The translations under genes were made by a program, and so were the position numbers. 64,000 nucleotides of DNA from Octopus vulgaris (lineage: Eukaryota): positions 20,522,001 through 20,586,000 of the forward strand of contig OX597838.1 of the NCBI GenBank assembly GCA_951406725.2. The letters are read 5' to 3'. A model generated the notes under the pieces. That model ran no database searches, was not told the DNA's origin, and saw only the letters and a list, made by a program, of their open reading frames with translations. The number at the start of each line of letters is the position of its first letter. Positions within the stretch are counted from its first letter, which is position 1. Positions 31,673 through 64,000 of this stretch are shown piece by piece.

Positions 31673-32003
31673 CATATAATGACAAATAAAATGAATGGAA
31701 TAGTAAATCATATTTTGCTACCTCTATTTTACAGTTGTTTCGTCATAAGTTTAATACAATCAATCTTACAGCATTATGCAATCATTCATGCAACAATTGA
31801 TTATTTTTTTCCTGTGCTGTTCAGAGTTATAATTCATAACTCATGCTGAATAAGATTCTTCAGAATTGCGTATAACACAACAGGCTTTGCAGACACACAC
31901 ACACACACACACGCTCGCACATTAGTTTGTTTGTACATTGTGGATAATATTCTGCTGATATTTCTTTGTTAGTTAAACGTTTATATTTGTATTGAATTAC
32001 TTT

Positions 32004-43144
<11,141 letters not shown>

Positions 43145-43617
43145 GGCGGCAATGGATATATGTTGACGTATTTCTGAATATGAAATGAACTGATGCTAGA
43201 GTTATAGACGCTGCGGTTTTTTTTTTATATGGAAGTATCTTTGTGAAAGAACAGCTGATGGTTTTCCATTGCTATTTTAACGATACAGCAGAAAATATCA
43301 GAGAACGATCCATTGTAAAGTAGTAAATGTCATCCATATATGTAATCAATATAATTTTACATGATATTGTGCACATGTCGTCCGGTTTCTCTTCAACGAA
43401 TGTTGCATGTGTTAAGATGTATTGTTATAGTTTAAATTTATAAATCTTTAAAATAAATATCCTTCTTTTTTTTCATGCATACACGTTGAAAACTAATGCA
43501 TATTGTTTGACATTGTATTTGTTTATTGCACTGGCCTTTCATACGATTTCTATGGTGGTGCACAAATATTATTCCTTCACCTGTTATCGAACCACGAACA
43601 TGTAATGTTTTCTTTCA

Positions 43618-44030
43618 TCTATATATAAAGCTAAAGTTGTCTGTGTGTGGCAGGTTTGGTAGCATTCAACTAACACTATCTCCTCCGAGACCCTGCGACG
43701 CAAGTTGACCAAAATTGAGAGTATGATAGAAGAAGATAAAATTCAAATCGGACCATGTTAACACCAAAAATTATTTACATCAAAAAGGTGCTTTTTTTTC
43801 TATGAAAATCCCTATTTTTTACGATTTTTTTACTGCTGTGTTGCCATTTTTCGGTGTATTTCAACCAGAAAAATGTTCACTTAAAGAGAACAACAAGCTA
43901 CATAATGCAAAATTTTTACTTTTCAAAACAGGTTGAAACTATGTCAAAACTTTGTTAACGCAACATCAAAGTGTGCCGTTTTAAGCGCAACTAAAAAAGA
44001 AACCCGAGCATCGTCGGGCTATACTGCTAG
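43618..44030 (+). mobile_element. Non-autonomous Helitron-like element
   Basis: A|TCTATATATAAAG ... CTAG|T. Inverted counterpart at 48705-49097. Confidence 0.7.
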
Positions 44031-44087
44031 TATACTTTAAAAACCGAAAGCAACACAATTTATTGCTTGTCGGGAGACATGACTTAC

Positions 44088-44136
44088 CAGCAAAAACTGA
44101 AGCAACCGCAACAAGAAGACAACAGAGGGACAACAT
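44088..44136 (-). CDS. Extra signal-peptide exon 1 (A/B/C type) with its own TATA promoter, upstream of gene D
   Basis: Encodes MLSLCCLLVAVASVFA followed by G|GTAAGT; 49 nt, phase 1. TATAAA near 44206-44212 and CAGCTG near 44250. Confidence 0.8.
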
Positions 44137-44980
44137 GATGATACGAGATGTTAAGTTATTCATGGAGAATAACTGAATTGATGCTATTGTTATGAACAGT
44201 GTGGTTTTTATAGGTAAACGTGTTGGGAGAAACATATTTGAGGAAAGAACAGCTGTAATTATCCGCCAATGTTCCTGCAATTTAATAGAGAATAACAGAG
44301 CATGTTTCCTAGTAAAGTTGTAAATTAAAATACATAATTTATTTCTTGATATAAATAGGTTGCCATGAATTACTTTTAATGGATACTCCCAAGAGCTCAT
44401 TTGATTGAATCGGAGTGTGAGTGGATTAAAGTGTTTAAATGTCGCGTGGACGACGCCTGTGTGAGAAAGCTTAAAGAGGATTAAAATGGGATATGGTTAC
44501 ATAGAAATGTAGTATGTGTTGATGGTGGGGATAGAATGAAATAAAATAAGCTCTTAATGTACAAAAGTGTTTGGAAGCTGACTACTTAAGCTTAAAATTC
44601 ATTATAATTAATAGAATATGGGTCTGAGAGACTACCGTCTGCATGTGGTCATGCTGTTTGAACGGCAATAATTGAGAAAATAGATTGAGATCTTAGGTGG
44701 ACAACGTAGCTAAAAATTCTATCATTGAGCGACGTATAGATAAATGGTTTTCTATTTTAACAATACAGCATAAAATAACGGAGAACGATCCATTGTAAAG
44801 TAGTAAATGTCACCCATGTATGTAATCAATATGATTTTAATTAATAATAGCATACATCTCCAGTTTCTCTACAACAAATGTTGCATGTGTTAAGACGCAT
44901 TGTTATATTTTAAATTCATAAATCTTTAAAATAGATATCGTTTTTCTTTTGTTCATGTATGCACGTTGAAAATTAATATA

Positions 44981-45079
<99 letters not shown>

Positions 45080-45334
45080 AATTAGAGATAAAACCACTAT
45101 TATGCAACTCAAACAGTGATAGACATAAACCAAAGCATAAATAACAAATAATATATATTTTTATAAAACATATAGCTAGATCTCAAAAAGTATAAAGATG
45201 AATGACCAATATATAATAAGTAAAAATATACTACGTACGTTTCATGGCTACAATTAAATTCGAATTACAATTAAGTTTAAATTCAATTGAAATAAATTCG
45301 ATTTAAAATTATAGTCCCAAATTTTTTTATTATA

Positions 45335-45478
<144 letters not shown>

Positions 45479-45772
45479 TTTTTTAGATCCATGCATACAT
45501 ATTCACATATGTATATATATGTATGTATATACATATATATATGTATATATATATGTATGTATATATATATATATATATAAAAAAGGAAATGAAGAAAATG
45601 CTGACAAATAATTGAAGTAATTTAAGTAATTTAATTAGGTGAAAGTTCTTTTTACCGGTTGCGCATTTGTTATGCTTATCAAAATATAAAAGCGAGATTA
45701 GAGTTCCTTTCTTATAGAATTTTTCCTCTTATCTGACTTTATGTTGGGTTTGCTATATATATGTACATATAT

Positions 45773-45927
<155 letters not shown>

Positions 45928-45959
45928 GTTAATAAAGCACACTCTAAAGAATAGAGAAG

Positions 45960-46460
45960 TAATTAGAATTACAACAAAAATTTAAAGTTTGTACATAGAG
46001 TTACCGAAGGTTTCGTATCCACAAAGCCAAAGCGTTCTGGACAGCTCGTCAGACACTATACAAGGACAAAAAGATTTAATTTCCTACGTCGTAAACGCGA
46101 GGAAGCGCTCAGTAATCCAGATTTAAGTCTTAACATATAAAAACGTTAATGAGGACGGATTATCTTTCCTGAACCAGAGGATAAAACAACCATTATAGAC
46201 CCGAAAAAGCCTAACCAACAAACGAGGAGATCCAATTTTTCAGTAGGTAGCGCTTAAAGTGGACACATTTAGAAAGAAACTTCTTTGCGACTATTTAACG
46301 CGCCAGGTTTAGTATAACCCTTAAGAATTTTGGCTCTCTCCGCGATGCATATTTTGCAACGTCCACTCCCGTTGATATAAGGGCCTGGTTGATCTATTAT
46401 TTTCCACCTTATATCACACGGGGTTCCTTGATCTTTGAGGTTCCACACCGTCTGTGAAAA
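45960..46460 (-). mobile_element. Penelope-like element 3' fragment (GIY-YIG endonuclease C-terminus plus pLTR)
   Basis: Minus frame FSQTVWNLKDQGTPCDIRWKIIDQPGPYINGSGRCKICIAERAKIL...LNSRKEV / SKCVHFKRYLL resembles the Penelope-like endonuclease C-terminal CxxC..LN..CxH region. A hammerhead motif follows. Confidence 0.75.
45995..46059 (-). ncRNA. Type I hammerhead ribozyme, canonical core
   Basis: atagtgt-CTGACGA-gctgtcca...tggatac-GAAA-cc(ttc)gg-TA-actctat. Stems I, II and III all pair; GUA cleavage triplet. Confidence 0.75.
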
Positions 46461-46464
46461 AAAT

Positions 46465-47130
46465 AAGCACCATGACGCAATCCACTCTGCTAGAAATTTG
46501 GAAACGACATGCTCTACTGCTTGGCATACGCGCTGGAAGCTCCAATACGAACATTTCAGAGTGTTTGGGGGGTCAATCTGAGGACAGTGAAATCTAATGA
46601 CATTTACCGAGACTGATAAAAATCTAACATCCAGTCAACATCATAGTGTTTGGAGTGATCACTAGCGATGGCAACATTATGCCTCCAGTCATCTTCCCAC
46701 ACGGCCTCAGATTCAACATGGAGGCCTACATCAAGTACCTGGAGGAGATAGTGCTGCCCTGGGTCAAGAGGGTGGCAGCTGGAACACCCTATGTCTGGCA
46801 ACAGGACTCTGCACCATGCCACACAAGCAGGGGAACCCAGTCATGGCTGTCAGACAATTTCTGCGATCACATCACCCCTAACATCTGGCCACCTACCTCA
46901 TCAGACTGGAACCTCCTTAATTATTGTGTGGCGCAGTTGAATGAAAGACCAACAAAACTCCTTGTAACACCAAAATTGAACTGAAGGCAAGGGTTATGGT
47001 AGCATTCACCAACTTAAAGAAGGAGACCGTCTAGAAGAGTTACAGGAGATTCCGAAGCCGTCTGGAGGCCGTGGTTGAAGCCAATGGCGATTTTTTTTGA
47101 ATAAATTTAATCTTTAGTATTTCAAGATAT
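46465..47130 (+). mobile_element. Tc1/mariner (maT-like) transposase remnant
   Basis: ORF 46646-46984: VFGVITSDG...WQQDSAPCHTS...WPPTSSDWNLLNY (degenerate WPPxSPDLNPLDY). Confidence 0.8.
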
Positions 47131-47442
47131 TTTTTATGTAATTTTGATAAATACATGTGGAGGCGCAATGGCCCAGTGGTTAGGGCAGCGGACTCGCGAT
47201 CGGAGGATCGCGGTTTCGATTCCCAGACCGGGCATTGTGTGTGTGTGTGTGTTTATTGAGCGAAAACACCTAAAAAGCCCCACGAGGCTCCGGAAGAGGA
47301 TGGTGGAGACCCCTGTTGTTCTCTTTCGCCAAACGGCGGTGCATCAGCATGGCCGCAGCTCTGGGCTGAAACTTAAAAAAAAAAAAAAATACCTGTTAAA
47401 ATGAGATATCAGTGTTATTTTCATTTCTACGCAATTTATCTA

Positions 47443-47921
<479 letters not shown>

Positions 47922-47924
47922 CAG

Positions 47925-48275
47925 AGAAACAATGGGTTTGTACTTCATCGGTTACATCTTATAAACACATTAACAAAACTGTATGGTGACTCTTTTAAAC
48001 AAACTCCCGAGAGGAAATTAGTTACTCTAAAACATGAACTCAAGGCTCTGAGTGAAAATCTTCGCCACTGCGAAAGAATTTTACGATGAGTCTGTATAAA
48101 TCATAAGTTTGCTTCGAACCCACAGATAGTATCTTGAGAGATGAGGAAGGAAAATATTACCATTAAGAAAGCCCCTTCGCAAGAACATCTTGAATCATTC
48201 TGGTTGAAATACTGGAACGAAAAGAGGAACCGCAACCTCAGTACATCGTGGCTAAATACAGTAAAGAAATAATAC
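47925..48275 (+). mobile_element. Degenerate R4/Dong-like LINE internal fragment
   Basis: LKHELKALSENLRH...INHKFASNP...PSQEHLESFWLKYWN resembles the pre-RT region of R4-clade elements. Embedded in CATA-type repeats. Confidence 0.45.
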
Positions 48276-48704
48276 CGTACCAGCATATATGCATATATAC
48301 ATACATGCATATATACATACATGCATATATACATACATACATAAGACGTTCCAAAAATTCTCCGTTGGAGATGGGACAGATGCACACACTTGGTTGTATG
48401 CATCGACACTTCAACCAACACCCCAACTGACCATGTATTAACAAACACCGAGAATTCTCTTAACTTAAAATGTCTTGTCACTTAGTTTAGTGACCGGCTT
48501 GAACTCTCCCAAGAACTTGGATAAAACTCAAAGAAAAATCCTGCAGGCATGCATACCTACGTACATACATACATGCATGAATGCATAAATATATGTGCAT
48601 GCATACAAATGCATGCATATAGAAACATTTTCAAACAGACAGTTGTTGTTAGATTGTAGGAAGTAAGGTTGCTTTATGCGCTATCATCTATATTTATAAC
48701 AAAA

Positions 48705-49097
48705 CTAGCAGTATCGCCCGGCGTTACTCGAGTTTGTTTCGACCCTTTAGAATTGGAAATTTTGAAAAGTAAAAATTTTGCATAATGTAGCTTGTTATTC
48801 TCTTTAAGTGAACATTTTTCTGGTTGTAAATACACCGAAAAATGGCAACACAGCAGTCAAAAAAAAAATCGTAAAAAATAGGGATTTTCATAGAAAAAAA
48901 GCACCTTTTTGATGTAAATAAATTTTGGTGTTAACATGGTCCGATTTGAATTTTATCTTCTACGGAATGAAGAGCAAGCCTTCTTCTATCATACTCTCAA
49001 TTTTGGTCAACTTGCGTCGCAGGGTCTTGGAGGAGATAGTGTTAGTTGAAGGCTACCAAACCTGCCACACACAGACAACTTTAGCTTTATATATAGA
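48705..49097 (-). mobile_element. Non-autonomous Helitron-like element upstream of gene E
   Basis: Same termini as 43618-44030 and 9350-9740. Confidence 0.7.
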
Positions 49098-49579
49098 TGA
49101 AAGAAAACATTACATGTTCGTGGTTCGATAACAGGTGAAGGAATAATATTTGTGCACCACCATAGAAATCATATGAAAGGCCAGTGCAATAAACAAATAC
49201 AATGTCAAACAATATGCATTAGTTTTCAACGTGTATGCATGAAAAAAAAGGATATTTATTTTAAAGATTTATAAATTTAAACTATAACAATACATCTTAA
49301 CACATGCAACATTCGTTGAAGAGAAAATGGACGACATGTGCACAATATCATGTAAAATTATATTGATTACATGTATGGATGACATTTACTACTTTACAAT
49401 GGATCGTTCTCTGATATTTTCTGCTGTATCGTTAAAATAGCAATGGAAAACCATCAGCTGTTCTTTCACAAAGATGTTTCACAAATGATACTTCCATATA
49501 AAAAAAGCCGCAGCGTCTATATCTCTAGCATCAGTTCATTTCATATTCAGAAATACGTCAACATATATCTATTGCCGCC

Positions 49580-60738
<11,159 letters not shown>

Positions 60739-60832
60739 CAAGTACTTCAATGTACTTCAAGTACTTCAATGAAAATGTTTTTACACTGCAGCGTACTCGG
60801 AATATTAGCTACTCTGTATAAATAATATAATG

Positions 60833-60885
<53 letters not shown>

Positions 60886-60970
60886 GTATGTATGTATGTA
60901 TGTATGTATGTATGTATGTATGTATGTATGTATGTATGTATGTATGTATGTATGTATGTATGTGTATGTA

Positions 60971-61014
<44 letters not shown>

Positions 61015-61299
61015 TGGAACCATAGCGACTGAAGAAGGGTTTTTTTCTTTGTGTTAATTGTCCTGTACTCTATTTTTTTTGTTGTTTAAAAAAATGTCCA
61101 GTTCCTTTGGTTTGTATCTATGTTTCTGTTTCTCATTGTGTTCGACCTCTTTTTGGTGTCCTGTACTCATATATGCGTGTATATGTACATGTAGAGGTAG
61201 GTACGTACATATATGTTTATATATATGCGTATGTTTTATTTTATTTATTTATATATATATATATATTTTATTTTATTTATATATATATATATATATATA

Positions 61300-61848
61300 C
61301 CGTAAATCCTCGAGTATAGTCCGCCCTTGAGTATAATACGCAGGGGATTTTTAGGGGGCTGTACCTCTGAAAAACCTAAACCTTGTGTATAATACGCACC
61401 CCTTCTCTAACTTGAGTCAAGGAGGTCTATATCTATATAACGTCCTTCGTTTGTGAAAATGTATACGGTAACGTCCTTTATTATTATTGTATATATAACA
61501 TAATGCAAACGTGTAGCTTTTTTGTGCATTTTGTTTGCAGAAAATAAAGAAATAACAGTAATAACGTTTAATAAATGTTGGCTTATTGCAAGTTATGGAT
61601 GATTCTTTTATGACTTCATTGCTTTCAGGCTTAGCTTAAGGTTGACTTCATTGCTTTCAGGCTTAGCTTAAGGTATTTTCGCGCCCGACATCACAAAATG
61701 CGTCTGAATAAACATTGCCGGACAGCAAATAGAGATTCGGAGATTGCTTAGAAAAATTCTTTCATTTTTAATCTCGTATATAGTACGCACTAAAGATTTT
61801 GACCTTTAAACTTTTGGAAAAAAGTGCGGATTATACTCGAGGATTTAC

Positions 61849-61850
<2 letters not shown>
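61300..61850. mobile_element. Pogo/Tigger-type MITE
   Basis: 25-bp TIRs CCGTAAATCCTCGAGTATAGTCCGC / GCGGATTATACTCGAGGATTTACGG, inserted in (TA)n. Confidence 0.85.
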
Positions 61851-61901
<51 letters not shown>

Positions 61902-62007
61902 GAGAAATTGTACAAAATGTATAAATGGATGATGAGTAAAGTACTGGCACAGTTTCGATTACCTGTTGTTATAGCGGTACGTAAGCCGACTCAAGAAATC
62001 TCTAGTG

Positions 62008-62076
62008 AGACTTTTTATTCATGTACCTGAAGAGACCCAGAACGGGTCGAAACATGTGTTGTACCCAATAAAGTCT
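62008..62076 (+). ncRNA. Type I hammerhead ribozyme, canonical core
   Basis: agactttttattcatgtac-CTGAAGA-GACCC(agaac)GGGTC-GAAA-catgtg-TT-gtacccaataaagtct. Perfect 5-bp stem II, extended stem I with an internal loop, GUU triplet. Confidence 0.7.
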
Positions 62077-62243
62077 AAGTGTGTGTGTGTGTGTGCGTGT
62101 ATACATAACTTATTAAATTGTCATTGGTATTTCATCTACATGCAGCAATAAAACATGTATTCCATTCTACGTATTTTTGTGTTCTGTTTCTTTATTTATT
62201 ATTAGTGACGGAAGCAGTATTAGTCCAAATTAACGGTCTGTAT

Positions 62244-62616
<373 letters not shown>

Positions 62617-62692
62617 GTATGTATGTATGTATGTATGTATGTATGAATGAATGAATGAATGAATGTAAGTACGTATGTACAATACTCAGATA

Positions 62693-63088
62693 TCTTTATA
62701 TATAAAAGTGAAGTTGTGTGGTGTCTGTCTCCTACGATTTAGATTCCTAACTACTCCCACATTTTGCGGTGCAGTTTAACCAAAAGCGGGTATCTTATAG
62801 TCGTGATTCATATCGAGCTCTTCTGGGTATTAGCGCGCATCTACGATGAGTCTACGATTAAAAAAAAGATTTTTTTCCATTTTGATGCTTTTTTTACTCG
62901 GTTTTATATAAGGGAAGTAACTCTCTAAAAATGTCTACGATGAGTCAACGATTTAAAAAAAAATTTACCATAATTTTTTTTTCCATTTTTAATGCATTTT
63001 TTTTGCTATTTTTTGGCTATAACTCTCTAAAAATGCTTATATAGTTATTTCCCTTACAAATCCGAGCAACGGCGGGCGATACTGCTAG
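62693..63088 (+). mobile_element. Non-autonomous Helitron-like element
   Basis: A|TCTTTATATATAAAAG ... gcaacggcgggcgatactgCTAG|T. Confidence 0.7.
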
Positions 63089-64000
63089 TAGTTCATAAAT
63101 GAGAATCAGATATTCTCTGTGTAGAATACACTTAGCAGTGCTCAATAGATTTAAGTTTGAACGGGTTTAGAAGTAAAAGAGGGGATGAACAAGTTAGACA
63201 TGAATTACAACAAAAAAATGTATATATGTTTACATACAGAAAGGTCCGACTTACACAGAATACAAATGATCTGGAGAATTAAAGGGTTTGAAGGAAAGTG
63301 TTAGAATCCAACAGCTGTTTCTTGAGGCTCCGTGGTCCAAAATAGTGTTTGTAAATTGACTCCATCGTAGGATGAGACGAGTCTCCGTCTTCAGGGAAGA
63401 GATCTTATATTTGAGGTGTTAAATGAAAGAAGCTCAAAGGCAGAATGATTTTGTGGAGAGCTAAGTGTATTAGATGCGGGAATTGGGCGGGTATTCGTAC
63501 TTACATATGTACGCAAGTTCAGCATTGTCTTCCTTGAATATCTGGTGACCGTGAATGGTCTTAGTTTTCGAAGTCATAGTGATGAATAGTATGTACCGTA
63601 ATATGTCAATAGGAACATAGTAAATGCGACGTGGTTACATTCGTTGTGAATGCACAAAGAAAAATTGATTTGTAAGCGTACAGAATATATATTCTGAGAA
63701 AGACACGTATGTTGTAAGAAATGATAAGAGAGATATAAAGAGTTCTTTTTGAATGTCACATGTTCGTCGAATGTAAATAATGTTCGTGTATAAACTTAAG
63801 TTATTGATAATTTTTTTTACAGAAAAAAAAAATGTAATAATAATAATATAAAAGAGTTACAGTGTGGTGAAAATTGTTATGACACCGAAGTATGGTGGAA
63901 AAACAAAACCCAGTGAGAATATTTTAAAAGAAATCTATTTGGAATTCCACGTTGGAAATGTTGATCGGTTTTTGATTGATACTATTTGATGGAGAGAATA

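Overview
AT-rich, microsatellite- and SINE-dense eukaryotic DNA. The repeat families suggest an octopus genome (inference). The window holds a cluster of secreted S1 (chymotrypsin-fold) serine protease genes that the ORF track misses because they are spliced. I reconstructed five intact 6-exon genes: A 2352-7276 (-), B 12158-16629 (-), C 19661-24705 (+), D 32004-43144 (-) and E 49580-60738 (+). All have GT-AG introns in conserved phases, His/Asp/Ser catalytic motifs, Ser189 and a non-tryptic TQ|IV activation site. There are also two truncated copies (orphan exon 3 at 249-376; exons 4+6 at 9968-11019) and a spare promoter plus signal-peptide exon upstream of gene D. The genes sit in inverted, head-to-head duplications with patchwork exchange between copies. 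Interspersed are an RTE LINE, CR1-, Tx1- and R4-like and Penelope-like fragments, a solo LTR, Tc1/mariner fragments and MITEs, Helitron-like elements and tRNA-derived SINEs. The most notable non-coding signals are several type I hammerhead ribozyme motifs (two canonical, one U3:A8 covariant inside a long intronic inverted repeat) and long intronic hairpins. All structures were read by eye; nothing was computed or searched.
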